A stretch of 64,000 bases of DNA. Source: Nitrospirota bacterium. Lineage in GTDB: Bacteria; Nitrospirota; JACRHJ01. Under the pieces are notes generated by a model. That model saw only the letters and a program-made list of their open reading frames with translations, did not search any database and was not told where the DNA came from. Location: the NCBI GenBank assembly GCA_963845245.1, contig CAWJRJ010000021.1, positions 96,001-160,000 of the forward strand, read 5' to 3'. Shown here piece after piece: positions 1 to 11,328 of the stretch; positions within the stretch are counted from its first letter, which is position 1; each line of letters begins with the position of its first letter. The translations under genes and the position numbers were made by a program.

Positions 1-1756
1 GGCGAGTGACGAGCCAAGCCCGTCAAGCGCGCCGTCTATCACGCCCTCGTCCACCTTATTCCACAGCATGTCCGCAAACTTTACGAAAGGTTTTACCAAT
101 ACTGCACTGTAGAGCCAGTCGAGCCGCCATCCGGCAAACAGGAACGACTCAAGTCCGGAGTACCGCGCCGAGATGCGTAGCCGGACGTCAGGCCTTTTTG
201 AGTAAAGGTAGTATGACAGGACCAGGCCGGCAATGAATACGGCCGAAGTGACTCCAGCGAGTAAGAAGTGCGGCGCCCCTTCTGGAGCAAGGGGGCCTAG
301 CCCTTGAGAGGCCAGGGCTTTTGAAAGACGTTCTGACCCGCCGAGAAACACAGGCATGTTTATAATCCCGCCCGCAAGACTGAGCAGCGGCAAGGGGTAT
401 GATCGTAGCCGGCATGATGGCCGGTATCGCGTGAGGTTCACCCTTTGGCTTGTCCAGGAAAACGAGATAGACTACACGGAAGATATAAAGGGTTGTAATC
501 AGCGCGGTAAGCTCAGCCATGGCCCAAAGGATGTAGTAATAGAGCGTGCCCTGCGAAAAGACCGCCGTCAGGATGTCGTCCTTGCTGAAGAACCCGGCAG
601 TGCCCGGGGCAGCCGCAAGCGCGATCGCTCCGGCAAGGAAGCTCCAAAAGACAACCGGCATCCTGGCGGCCAGGCCGCCCATCTTGAAGATGTCGTGTTC
701 CTCGTGCATCGCCTGTATCACGCAGCCCGCGCCCATGAACAGCAGGGCCTTGAAGAAGGCATGCGTTATCAGATGGAACAGCGACGCGCCCACCGAGCCC
801 GCGCCCACCGCAAGGGCCATGTAACCTATCTGGCTGATGGTGGAGTAGGCAAGAACCTTCTTTATGTCCCTCTGTACGAGCGCGACGGTGGCGGCATAGA
901 GTGCCGTAACGGCACCCACGCCCGCTATAACGGCCATTGCCGTTTTTGACATGCTGATTACCGGGAACAGCCTCATCAGCAGGTATATGCCGGCCGTGAC
1001 CATCGTGGCGGCGTGTATGAGGGCGGAGACCGGCGTCGGGCCCGCCATCGCGTCCGGGAGCCAGACGGTAAGCGGCAACTGAGCGGACTTGCCAGCCGCC
1101 CCGAAGAGCAAGAGCAGGCCGATAAACGTAGCGGTTGCAACTGGCATCGTGGCCTGTGCGGCGGCGTTGATATCGGATGTGTTTGTCGTACCTGCAAAGT
1201 ACGAAAGCCATATGATAGCCATTCCGAATGCAACGTCGCCTATGCGCGTTACGATGAAGGCCTTCCTGCCCGCGTTTGCGTTGGCTATGTCGGAATACCA
1301 GAAGCCAATCAGGGCATAGGAGCAGAACCCGACCCCCTCCCAGCCTACGAACATCAGCGGTAGGTTGTCGGCAAGCACCAGCAGGAGCATTGAGAAAACG
1401 AAGAGGTTTAAAAGAGTAAAGTATCTGGCATAGCCCGGGTCGTCCTTCATGTACCCGGCGCTATAGACGTGGATCAGGAAGGATACCCCTGTGACCATGA
1501 GGGCCATCGAGGCCGAAAGCACGTCGAGCCGCACACCGATTTGTGCGCTGAACCACGAGAAGGACAGCCAGTCGGCAAAGACGATGTCGGCAGGTGAGCC
1601 GGACATCTGAAACGCGCGTATTGCATAAACGAACGCGGCGCCGACCGATGCGCAGGCGATAATCTCTACTACGCGTCGGTTCAGCTTCCAGCCGACTAAG
1701 CCGTTTATAACCGCGCCCGCAAGCGGCAAGGCCAGTATGTACAGGACAGGGTGCAT
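1..1756 (-). CDS. nuoL: NADH-quinone oxidoreductase subunit L (partial, runs off left edge; frameshift near ~370)
   Basis: Motifs GWEGVGFCSYALIGFW, GKSAQLPL.VWLPDAMAGPTPVSALIHAATMV and HAFFKALLF. A second frame continues NMPVFLGG...DWLYSAVLVKPF...DEGVIDG to position 1. Confidence 0.95.
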
Positions 1757-1759
1757 GCG

Positions 1760-2062
1760 TTATCCCTTCATATCGCTGAAGTCGTCAAGGTCCACGCTCC
1801 GCTTCCTCTTCTGCATATAGACGATCATGGCGAGGCCGACCGAGACCTCCGAGGCGGCCATTGCTGCCAGGAACAGGACGAATATCTGGCCGTCCGGCTG
1901 CCCCCACCGCAGGCTCCCGGCGACAAAGGCCAGCCCGGCCGCGTTTATCATAACCTCGACGCCGATGAGTATCATAAGAAGGTTCCTGCGCACCGCGACA
2001 CAGGCCACGCCCAGCGCGAACAGTATGCCTGAGAGGATGAGTATGTGAGTGATGGGCACCAT
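1760..2062 (-). CDS. nuoK: NADH-quinone oxidoreductase subunit K
   Basis: 100 aa with three TM segments, RRNLLMILIGVEVMINA and AASEVSVGLA; position in nuo operon. Confidence 0.95.
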   Translation of the reverse strand: MVPITHILILSGILFALGVACVAVRRNLLMILIGVEVMINAAGLAFVAGSLRWGQPDGQIFVLFLAAMAASEVSVGLAMIVYMQKRKRSVDLDDFSDMKG

Positions 2063-2550
2063 CAGTCATGCCTCCCGAGATAGAGCGCCCCGACAAGCGC
2101 GAAAAGAAGGAGAAGCGATACCGCCTCTACCGCAAGCGCCTGTGTATTATAAAGTGCCTTCCCGAAGGCCCTTGGCGTAATGTAGACCGCGCCCGCGGCC
2201 AGTCCGTGCTCGGGTGTTGACGTGAGCAGCAGGGCGGTACAGGCCAGTATCACGGCGGCCAGGGCAGCCGCTGGCCCCCATACCTTCCAGTATGGTGTGA
2301 GCTTTCGCTTGGGCGTGCCCATCTCCAGCATCATCACTATGAACAGGAACAGGACCATTATAGCGCCCGCATAGACAAGCACCTCAAGGGCCGCGATAAG
2401 TGGGGCGCCCATCATGAAAAATATCAGCGCAAGGCAGAAGAACGACAGCACGAGGTACACGACGGCGTGTACCATCTCGCGGCGCGTAATAGCCATGAAG
2501 GTGGCCAGTACGGTTGCGGCAGCCAGAATGTAGAAAACAGTCGCGTTCAA
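2062..2550 (-). CDS. nuoJ: NADH-quinone oxidoreductase subunit J
   Basis: [19 protein letters not shown] motif; operon position. Confidence 0.95.
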   Translation of the reverse strand: MNATVFYILAAATVLATFMAITRREMVHAVVYLVLSFFCLALIFFMMGAPLIAALEVLVYAGAIMVLFLFIVMMLEMGTPKRKLTPYWKVWGPAAALAAVILACTALLLTSTPEHGLAAGAVYITPRAFGKALYNTQALAVEAVSLLLLFALVGALYLGRHD

Positions 2551-3075
2551 GGCATGTTCCCCTTTACGTCCACAGTCGGGTACTCGTCCGGGTTCTCCCC
2601 CTTCGGGTTTACCACGCCGATGCCGGAGTGACGGTAGAAGTTGTAGCCCGGGTATTTGCCCTGGCCGTCGACGAGCAGGTCTTCTTTTTCATAGACCATG
2701 TCAAGGATGTCGTACTTGGTGAACTCGTAATCGGGCGTAAGCTGTATCGCGTACGTCGGGCATGCCTCCTCGCACATCCCGCACAGGATGCACCTGGAGA
2801 AGTTTATGCGAAACCAAGCGGGGTAGCGCCTGCCGTCAGGCTCGCGCTCGACCGACTGCATCGAGATGCATGAGACCGGACATACCGCCGAACAGAGGTA
2901 GCAGGCGACGCAGCGCTCCTCGCCGTCGGGGTCGCGTGTCAGGACTATGCGCCACCTCGCACGTTCAGACAGAGGCTTTTCTCTCTTCTGGGTACTGTAT
3001 GGTTACAGGCCTCCTGAACATCTCTTCCAGAGTTGTGAAGAGTGCCCCGAAGAAACCGGATATGTATTCCATCAT
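2547..3075 (-). CDS. nuoI: NADH-quinone oxidoreductase subunit I (frameshifted near ~2970)
   Basis: N-terminus MMEYISG...VTIQYPEE in one frame, then [14 protein letters not shown] and [13 protein letters not shown] (2x[4Fe-4S]) in another. ATG overlaps the nuoH stop. Confidence 0.92.
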
Positions 3076-4079
3076 GCCCCTCCCCAGTGGAAGAAGAGGG
3101 CCAGGAATCCGGTGACGATGATGTTCAAAAGGGACAGCGGGAGCAGGAACTTCCAGCCGAAATGCATAAGCTGGTCGTAGCGGAGCCTTGGGAGGGTTGC
3201 CCGTATCCACATGAAGCCGAACGCTATGAAGGCCGCCTTGAAGAAGAACCAGAACAAAGACAGCCATGCAGGGCCGGGGCCGAGCCAGCCGCCCAGGAAG
3301 AATGTGACGGCGAGGGCGGAGAGGACTATGATGTTGACGTACTCGCCGATGAAGAAGAGGCCGAACCTCATCCCGCTGTACTCGGTGTGGTAGCCCGCCA
3401 CAAGCTCGTTCTCGGCCTCCGGCAGGTCGAACGGTATCCTCTTCGCCTCCGCCGCCACGCTTATGAGGAATATGACGAAGCTGACAGGGGCATATACCAC
3501 GAATGGTACCGGACGCTGTGCGGATATTATGTCGCTCAGACTGAACGAACCCGCAAGCATTATTACCGGCACCAAGGATAGCCCCATCGAAAGCTCGTAG
3601 GATATGAGCTGGGCCGAGCCGCGTATGCCGCCCAGAAGGCTGTACTTCGAGCCGGACGACCAACCGCCGAGCGCGATGCCGTATACGTTCAGGGATGAGA
3701 GCGCAAGGAAATAGAGCACTCCGACGTTGAGGTCGATGACCGGCATGTCGATACGGAACCCTCCGAACATAATGGGCGCGCCGAACGGGACCACCGCAAA
3801 AGACAATAGGACGGTGCCCGCGACTATGCCCGGGGCAATCAGGAAGATCGCCCTGTCCGCCTCGTCCGGTATGACGTCCTCCTTGGTGATAAGCTTTATG
3901 ACGTCGGCAAGCGGCTGCAGGAGGCCAAATGGCCCGACCCTGTTGGGGCCGTACCTGTTTTGTATGCGAGCGAGCACCTTCCTTTCGGCAAGCACCATGT
4001 ATGCCGCAAGCGTCAGGGTGACGAAAAGTATCAGCGCCAGCTTTATTATTATGATTATGATAGGTAAGCCCTGGGTCAT
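3072..4079 (-). CDS. nuoH: NADH-quinone oxidoreductase subunit H
   Basis: ERKVLARIQNRYGPNRVGPFGLLQPLAD, PFDLPEAENELVAGYHTEYSG and PRLRYDQLM motifs; start placed at MTQGLP. Confidence 0.96.
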   Translation of the reverse strand: MTQGLPIIIIIIKLALILFVTLTLAAYMVLAERKVLARIQNRYGPNRVGPFGLLQPLADVIKLITKEDVIPDEADRAIFLIAPGIVAGTVLLSFAVVPFGAPIMFGGFRIDMPVIDLNVGVLYFLALSSLNVYGIALGGWSSGSKYSLLGGIRGSAQLISYELSMGLSLVPVIMLAGSFSLSDIISAQRPVPFVVYAPVSFVIFLISVAAEAKRIPFDLPEAENELVAGYHTEYSGMRFGLFFIGEYVNIIVLSALAVTFFLGGWLGPGPAWLSLFWFFFKAAFIAFGFMWIRATLPRLRYDQLMHFGWKFLLPLSLLNIIVTGFLALFFHWGGA

Positions 4080-6419
4080 GCCTTGGCCCTTATTGTTATC
4101 TTTTTGCCGGCGAGCCCGGAAACCGGGAATCCCTTGACCTTCGGTGCGATAGCGACGCCCTCTGCCGCCTTGGCGCTTACAGCAAGCCTGCACTCAAGCA
4201 TCGTCCCGCCACTAGATATCTCGACCATCACTCCGGATTCAAGGCCCAGCCGTGCGGCCTCATCTTTATTCAAAAGCACGTACGGCTCCGGCGCGCGAAG
4301 CTGTGTCTTGTCGGAATAGGTCGACAGCTCCTCGGTCCCGAATGTCAGCTCCGTGGATATCAGCGTGAGTGCCGCTCCCCCGGTCTCGGATACGTCCGGC
4401 TTCACCGGCGGGTTGTAAGGCGCTCCCGGTAAAAGCAGTGTCCCATCTCCGGGCAACAGCCCCGTTAAGCGGCGCAAGCGCCGGAAACGCATCTGCCATC
4501 TCGGCCCGTATCGCGGCGGCGGAGGAGGTCAGGAAACATTCAGGCTTCATGATACAGGCAAGCTCCTTTAATGTTTCCCAGACGGGGAGCGAGTGGCCTG
4601 GAACCTCCGCTGAAAATGTCCTGGGCGGGTGCGCGTCCGGCCCCATGTCGTTGATTGGTACGCCGGAAATATACGCCTGACCGAACACCTGTGCCCGGCC
4701 CTCCTGGTTTACGAACGTGCCTTCCTGCTCGGCATATGCCGCTGCGGGCAGGAAGACGTCCGCCCGGCTTGCCGTGTTGCTTGGCAGATAGTCCATGACT
4801 ATAAGGGCGTCGAGCTTTTCGAATGCCTTTGCCACTCTTTCACGGTCTGGGTATTGGCCAAGCGGGTCGGACTCGACAACCACAAGGACCTTGATCCGGC
4901 CCTTTTCGATGCCGTCCAGAAGGGTTTCGAAGTCAGGGCCGTCTCCCGCAAGGGTTGCGGCCCCGAACGAGTTCGGCCCGTACATTATATAGAAGAGCCC
5001 GCAGTCCTTACCTTCCGACCTTGCTGATGCCGTCAGCGAGGCGGCCTTCTCGATAAGCTCCTCACTGCCCACACTCGTGCCGACAATAATCGTGGGCCTA
5101 TCGCCCTTGATGCCATTGGTCGCATCGGTGAGCGTGTCCACAAGCTTATCGGGTGCTACCGGCAGGTGTGTGAACTCAAACGGCAGCGATACCGGTCTAG
5201 GATCTATTACAATTACCGTAGCCCCCTTCCTTGCAGCCTGCCGCATCATAAGGGCAAGCATCGGGGCCTCGTTTACCGGGTCCACGGCCGCGCATATTAT
5301 AAAGTCTGACTCTTCCAACTCTTTCAGAGAGCGGGCAAACTCAGGTTTCAGCATGGATGTCGCAAGCCTGTCCCTACTCTCGCGTTCAGGGTCGGGTGAA
5401 TAGAACACGTTAACAGAGCCAAAGGCGTCCGCGAACTTCTTCATGTAGTATGCATTCTCAAGGGGCATCCTGGGCGAGCCTGTCAATGCGATACTACCGG
5501 CACCATGCCTTAAAATGGCCTCGGATATTTTGTTCGCGGCCTTATCCATTGCATCGGCCAGGTTTGCTTTTTCACCTTTTATCATCGGAAAATAGGGCCT
5601 GTTCTTCCGGCCCGCGAAGCCGTAGCCGAAACGTCCCCTGTCGCAGATGAACCAGCCGTTCACGGTCTGGTTTTCACGCGCCGTTATCTTTACGAGCTTC
5701 CTGTACCTCCCGCCTGGTATGGTGTTGCATCCGAGCGAGCAGTGCGGGCATACCGAAGGCGCAGTCTCCAAATCCCAAGGACGTGCCACGTAATGGTAAG
5801 TCTTGTCCGTGAACACACCCGTCGGGCATACCTCGGCGAGGTTGCCAGCGAATTCGCTTTCAAGCCAGCCTTCCTCGTGTCTGCCGAAAAAAACTTTGTT
5901 TGATATTTTAAGTGTTCCGAAGTCCGTCCCGCCGCAGTAGTCCTGGTAGAACCTGCTGCAACGGTAGCACTGTATGCAGCGGTTCATCTCCTGATAGATG
6001 AACTCGCCCAGGTACTGGCTCTGGTATGTTCGTTTTTTGCCCTTATACCTGCGTATGCCGTGGCCGCCTGCGATGGTATAGTCCTGCAGCAGGCACATAC
6101 CGCCCTCATCGCATACCGGGCAGTCGTGCGGATGGTTCAGCATCAGCCACTCTATTACCATCCTGCGAAGCCTTGCGGCGTCACCATCTGTCGTCGAGAC
6201 GACCATGCCGTCGGCGGCCTTGACCATGCAGCTCACCTGCACCCCTTTAACAGGGCCCTCGATGAACTTCATGGCGCACAGGCGGCACGCCCCCACCGAA
6301 CCAAGGGCTGGGTGGTAGCAGAAGTGGGGGATCACTATCCCGACCTTCTTCGCTGCCTCAAGGACGTTGGTCCCTTCGGCGACCTCCACCTCTATACCAT
6401 CTATAACAAGCTTAGGCAA
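4076..6419 (-). CDS. nuoG: NADH-quinone oxidoreductase subunit G (frameshift near C-terminus)
   Basis: IPHFCYHP, GACRLC, NHPHDCPVCDEGGMCLLQ, RCIQCYRC and CPHCSLGC motifs. The C-terminal molybdopterin-dinucleotide-like domain lies in ORF 4076..4492. Confidence 0.93.
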
Positions 6420-6436
6420 AATATAATCCTCTACTG

Positions 6437-6608
6437 ATTATGTAGCCATTGGCTCACGCCCTGTTTGACATTATTGACTAATCTATAGCTCGTAAAGCTA
6501 TGCAGGAAAAACTCGCTTCGCTCAGACAGTTTCCTGCATGGCCGCTTTGCTTCGCCATGATTAGTATCCAACAAAGTCAAAATGTGCGTTCGTCAATAGC
6601 TACATAAT
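6437..6608. repeat. ~170-bp imperfect palindromic element (MITE/REP-like) between nuoF and nuoG
   Basis: Terminal inverted repeats ATTATGTAGCCATTG...CAATAGCTACATAAT, nested arms TTTGAC/GTCAAA, ACTAATC/GATTAGT and ATGCAGGAAA/TTTCCTGCAT around AACTCGCTTCGCTCAGACAG. Confidence 0.75.
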
Positions 6609-6610
6609 AG

Positions 6611-7885
6611 TCACTGAGTTTGCAGTGGACAAGCGTGTAGCTTGATATGTTCTTCTACTTCGTCTCGGAACAGCCTAAGCATACTCTTTACAGGGTCGAC
6701 CGCACCGGGAGCAAATGCACAGAAAGAGTTCGGATATATCACCTCGCAGTTCTCTTCCAGGATGCCGATGTCTTCATGCGTCGCAGTACCTGCCTCTATC
6801 TCTTTTAATATCTCAAGCACAAACGGAAGCCCGTCCCGGCACGGGGTACACCACCCGCATGACTCCCGCGTGAAGAATGTGAGCAGGTTTATCATTACGC
6901 GCACTATGCAGCACTTGTCATCAAGGACGGTAACACATCCGGTGCCGAGCCGTGAGCCCGCCTGCTGCACGGCGTCGAAGTCCATCTCGACATCCAGGTG
7001 GTCGGCAGTGAGTAGCGGCGTCGAGGCCCCGCCCGGAAGGCAGGCCTTGAACTTATAGCCGGGCAACATCCCGCCTGCATGCTCGAATATTATCTCCCTT
7101 AACGGCGTACCAATAGGTAGTTCGAAAAGCCCCGGCCTCTGTACCTTGCCCGATGCGCCGTAGAGCTTTGGCCCGGCCCCGTTCTCTGAGCGGGCAACGC
7201 CTTTCCATGCACCGGCCCCCATCGCTAGTATATGAGGCACGTTCGATATCGTCTCGGCGTTGTTGATTATTGTAGGCCGCATCCACAGCCCGGCTACGGG
7301 CGGGAAAGGCGGCTTCGAGCGTGGGTTGGCCCTCTTGCCCTCCAGGGCGTTCAATAGCGCCGTTTCCTCGCCGCATTCGTACCGGCCTGCGCTACGGTGG
7401 ATCGTTATGTCCATCGAGAAGCCGGAACCTAATATGTTCACCCCGAGGTAGCCCGCATCTTTCGCCTCACTAATCGCGGTTGCAAGCGCCCTTGCCGCTT
7501 CTGCGTATTCATAACGGATGAATATATAGCCGCTTGCTATCCCTGTAGCATATCCCGCTATTATTATTCCTTCGATCAGGGTGTGCGGGTCGTGCTCCAT
7601 TATGAAGCGGTCTTTGAAGGTGCCAGGCTCCATCTCGTCCGCGTTGACTACGAGATACCTGGGGCCCGGCGTCTTCTTCTCAAGGAAACTCCATTTCCTG
7701 CCGGTGAGAAATCCCGCCCCGCCGCGCCCGCGAAGCCCCGAGTTTGTTACGGTCTTTTCGACGTCGGCAGGGGACATCACTATGGCATTCCTCAAGCCCA
7801 CATACCCGCCTGAAGACTCATATTCCTTGAGGCTGGCAGGGTGGCCGAGGTTGAAGTTCCTTGATAAAATAGCCGAAAAAGTCAT
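6611..7885 (-). CDS. nuoF: NADH-quinone oxidoreductase subunit F
   Basis: SGLRGRGGAGF.TG.KW, NADEMEPGTFKDR, CGEETALLNALEG and ESCGWCTPCRDG motifs. Start at MTFSAIL is tentative. Confidence 0.95.
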   Translation of the reverse strand: MTFSAILSRNFNLGHPASLKEYESSGGYVGLRNAIVMSPADVEKTVTNSGLRGRGGAGFLTGRKWSFLEKKTPGPRYLVVNADEMEPGTFKDRFIMEHDPHTLIEGIIIAGYATGIASGYIFIRYEYAEAARALATAISEAKDAGYLGVNILGSGFSMDITIHRSAGRYECGEETALLNALEGKRANPRSKPPFPPVAGLWMRPTIINNAETISNVPHILAMGAGAWKGVARSENGAGPKLYGASGKVQRPGLFELPIGTPLREIIFEHAGGMLPGYKFKACLPGGASTPLLTADHLDVEMDFDAVQQAGSRLGTGCVTVLDDKCCIVRVMINLLTFFTRESCGWCTPCRDGLPFVLEILKEIEAGTATHEDIGILEENCEVIYPNSFCAFAPGAVDPVKSMLRLFRDEVEEHIKLHACPLQTQ

Positions 7886-8184
7886 AATAAATTCATGTTG
7901 TAGATGCAACTTTGCGAGGTCCGCCCGCTTACATTAACAATTAAAGATAACACATTTACCATATAAAGGGAACAGTTCACGCACAGTATATGATATCAGG
8001 GAAAACGAAGGCCCACAAACGGGCCCCGGGCATTTCAAAGCGGGACCAGCGCTTTTGATTTTTCCACATAATTATGATAATATATTAACCAATATGGTTT
8101 GACTCAGGTTGTCCAAAACCAAGACGGTTTATTAGTACCATGCTTTCTGTTGGCATCCAGATGTTTCCGCGGATAGGGGGCGTC

Positions 8185-8633
8185 ATGAAAATATTGGCAT
8201 TGGTACTGGTACTGCTGTTTCTCCTTATTGTTATCCCACCGGCATAGCTCAACCACTCGGCGCGATCGGACACGTCCAAACCCTTAAGGGGATGTCCAGC
8301 ATACTTCGGGATAAAACCGAGCTACCCGCAAAGGTGGGGACGGCTGTCTACCGGGGCGACCTGGTCAGGACTTCAAAGGATGGCGCCGTGGGAATAGTCC
8401 TTGTAGACGATACGACGATTTCCCTTGGGCCCAACAGCGAGCTGTCCATCAAGGATTACGTATTCAACCCTAAAGAGGGGAAATTTGCTTTTCTGGCGCG
8501 TATGGCGAAGGGGACCTTCGCGTATTTCTCAGGGCTTATAGGCAAGCTCGCCCCGGACTCGATCCGTCTGGAAGTCCCGGATGCCACTATCGCAGTGAGG
8601 GGGACCAAGCTGCTGGTAGCCGTCCAGGAATAA
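8185..8633 (+). CDS. Exported FecR-domain protein (frameshift after signal peptide)
   Basis: Signal-like MKILALVLVLLFLL at 8185 behind a GGGGG RBS, then GDLVRTSKDG...DDTTISLGPNSEL...ATIAVRGT, a FecR-domain signature. Confidence 0.8.
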
Positions 8634-8670
8634 GGCTGGGACGTAACCGTCCATCATATGGGAGGTTTCG

Positions 8671-9279
8671 ATGAGAAGCATTGCAATCGTCATGCTGGCC
8701 GCAGCCTTGTTCCTGCCTGTCATATACGGCTGTTCAACCACGCATTCTGCCGTTGTATTGTCCCAGGACCCTGGTGGGCATGTCGGCAAGGCGGAAGTGG
8801 CTACGGAGGGGGGAAAACAGCTCCTTGAAAAACAAAACGACATGACCACTGTATCCGGCAAGACAAAAACTCCGTCCCCGGTAGTAACTGCTGACCGTAA
8901 ATACATCGATTCGACATTCGGCGAGGTGTTGGCAATCGAACCTCCTCAACCGGAGAAATTTATCCTCTATTTCAAATCGGGTGGCACAGATTTGGTGCCT
9001 GAGTCCCAGACTGAGATCAATGACATCATTGCCTCCATAAAACGGCGCGGTGCAATCAGTGTCAGTGTCACCGGGCATTGCGACTCGGTCGGTTCGGTGC
9101 AGCTAAACGACAAGCTTTCCCTATCCCGTGCCGAGGCGGTAAGGGACCTGCTGATAAAGGACGGCGCCGACCCGGAACGTCTGGCGGTATCTTCGCACGG
9201 CAAAGGCGACCCTCTTGTACCGACTCCTGACGGAGTCGCTGAACCACGAAACCGGCGCGTCGAGGTAATCGTCCGCTAA
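8671..9279 (+). CDS. OmpA-family peptidoglycan-binding lipoprotein
   Basis: Lipobox-like IYGC; C-terminal VTGHCDSVGS...NDKLSLSRAEAV...NRRVEV OmpA-like domain. Confidence 0.88.
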   Translation: MRSIAIVMLAAALFLPVIYGCSTTHSAVVLSQDPGGHVGKAEVATEGGKQLLEKQNDMTTVSGKTKTPSPVVTADRKYIDSTFGEVLAIEPPQPEKFILYFKSGGTDLVPESQTEINDIIASIKRRGAISVSVTGHCDSVGSVQLNDKLSLSRAEAVRDLLIKDGADPERLAVSSHGKGDPLVPTPDGVAEPRNRRVEVIVR

Positions 9280-9291
9280 CAGGGTCAGCAC

Positions 9292-11328
9292 ATGTCCGGC
9301 TCAGCTTTGTCACGCAAACGTTCTCAACGCCTGGCCCCCCTGTGGGATGGGCGTTCCATGTTGATCGCCACAGGGCTTTTTCTGACGCTACTCGTGGCGT
9401 TGCTCTTGATTTTCCCTCCGTTATCCGTGCAGGAGGCTGAACTGCGCCTCTACGACCTCATGCTCTCCGGGCGCGTTACCCAGCCGAAAACCGGTGTCCC
9501 GCTGATCGTGGCGATAGATGATGAAAGCCTTGAAGAATACGGGCAGTGGCCTTGGCCGCGCTACCGGTTGGCGCGTCTTGTAGACCGGCTTGGCGAACTT
9601 GGTGCGGATGTTGTCGCAATTGATATCCTGATGCCGGAGCCGGACCGCACATCGCCAGATGTTATAATGATGGAACGGCGGCGAGACATGGGAATTGCCC
9701 CGTCAACCCATTTCAGTTCCGTCCCGAGAGACACAGGTTCACAACGTCTGGCGCAATCTCTGGAGGAAAGAAAGTCAATCCTAGGCTATCTGTTTACGTT
9801 TTCCGCATCTGCCAGATCCGGGACGGAAAACGTCCCTGCCGTCCCTGCCGGCATGGTCGTGGCCAGCGTGGCTGGAAACGGCGCCGGATGGCCAGTACCT
9901 GCCGGGATGATACGCAGCATACCGGCCCTGACCGAGGCGGCCCATGCCGAAGGTTTCACCAACGCCCAACACGATATTGACGGCGTCCTCCGGCGAGTAC
10001 CTCTATTGCTACACCATAATGGCACATATTATCCTTCACTAGCGCTGGGGGCCATCCTGCTTGCACACCCGGACCGAAGCATCCGTATAATAGACGACTC
10101 GCACGAAACTACGCTGGTATGGGCAAACCATCGCATCCCCCTGGACAGGGGAGGGAACTTCTTTATCGACTTCAGGGAAAAAGGTAAGCCATTCCCATAC
10201 GTCTCTGCAAGGGAGGTACTGGGCGGCAATCTAAAAACAGGAAGCCTGCGGGGGAAAATTGCCGTGGTGGGGGTATTGGCGAAGGGGTTGGGTGATATTC
10301 ACCTTGTGCCGGACGGCAGGCCGATCAATGGCCTTGAGGTCCACGCAACCATCATGGACGATATCTTATCCGGCACCTACATATCCCATCCGGGCTGGGC
10401 AAGAGGCGCCGAACTTTTTGCCGTAATCTTCCTGGGTGTGCTGTGCTCCTGGTTCCTGAGCAGGGTGGGGTTGACCCTCTCTCTCTTCATAGTTGCTACA
10501 GCGACCGGCGGCAGTTATCTGGCCGGCCGGCAGCTGCTTCTTTCAAAAGGCGTTTATATATCGCCTTTGCTGCCGATGCTGACACCGGTTGTGATTATGA
10601 CCGTCCTGAGCCTTTTGAGGTACGGTATCGAGGCTAGAAAGGTGCGACAGCGAAACCGCGACCTTATCGACGCCCAGGATGCGATCATAATAAGCATGTC
10701 CGCGCTCGCCGAGGCCCGCGACAAAGAGACGGGAGGACACATCTTTCGGACCCAGCGCTATGTCGAGACCATAGCCCGGCATCTCTCGACCCTTCCCGGC
10801 CGTAATGGCCTCGATAAGGCGGGAGTCAAACTCATAACAAAATCCGCGCCTCTTCATGATATAGGCAAGGTGGGGATACCCGACCATATATTAAACAAGC
10901 CGGGGCCGCTGACGGATGAAGAGTTCGAAGTCATGAAGACGCATACGCTCATCGGGGCCAGTGCCCTGTCAACTACCATCCGCAGGACCGGGCATCCGGA
11001 AAACCTCGAATTCCTGCACTACGCGCGCCAGATAACCATATCACACCACGAGAAATGGGACGGCAGCGGCTACCCTCATGGCCTGAAAGGGACGGACATA
11101 CCCCTGGCGGGCCGCATTATGGCGCTTGCGGACGTGTACGACGCCCTTATCAGCAACAGGGTGTACAGAGGGGCCCTCCCTCACGAAGAAGCGACTAAAA
11201 TCATCGTGGATGATTCCGGTAAGCGGTTCGACCCTCAGGTGGTCGAGGCATTTTTGGCGAAGAGCAGCGAGTTCATCCGCATAGCCAGGGAATTCTCAGA
11301 CGAAAGCCATGCATTTGCTACGCATTAA
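9292..11328 (+). CDS. CHASE2-domain membrane protein with HD-GYP phosphodiesterase output
   Basis: CHASE2 motifs IVAIDDESL..YGQWPWPR, DIDGVLRRVPL and GLEVHA; three TM helices; RDKETGGH, HDIGK, HHEKWDGSGYPHGL and ADVYDAL. Confidence 0.92.
   Translation: MSGSALSRKRSQRLAPLWDGRSMLIATGLFLTLLVALLLIFPPLSVQEAELRLYDLMLSGRVTQPKTGVPLIVAIDDESLEEYGQWPWPRYRLARLVDRLGELGADVVAIDILMPEPDRTSPDVIMMERRRDMGIAPSTHFSSVPRDTGSQRLAQSLEERKSILGYLFTFSASARSGTENVPAVPAGMVVASVAGNGAGWPVPAGMIRSIPALTEAAHAEGFTNAQHDIDGVLRRVPLLLHHNGTYYPSLALGAILLAHPDRSIRIIDDSHETTLVWANHRIPLDRGGNFFIDFREKGKPFPYVSAREVLGGNLKTGSLRGKIAVVGVLAKGLGDIHLVPDGRPINGLEVHATIMDDILSGTYISHPGWARGAELFAVIFLGVLCSWFLSRVGLTLSLFIVATATGGSYLAGRQLLLSKGVYISPLLPMLTPVVIMTVLSLLRYGIEARKVRQRNRDLIDAQDAIIISMSALAEARDKETGGHIFRTQRYVETIARHLSTLPGRNGLDKAGVKLITKSAPLHDIGKVGIPDHILNKPGPLTDEEFEVMKTHTLIGASALSTTIRRTGHPENLEFLHYARQITISHHEKWDGSGYPHGLKGTDIPLAGRIMALADVYDALISNRVYRGALPHEEATKIIVDDSGKRFDPQVVEAFLAKSSEFIRIAREFSDESHAFATH

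Noticed and set aside
7995..8065. Hairpins upstream of the FecR-OmpA-CHASE2 module as a c-di-GMP riboswitch
   Set aside because: The conserved GGCAAAC/GNRA/GACGCAAAGC-type elements are not recognisable; only generic stems.
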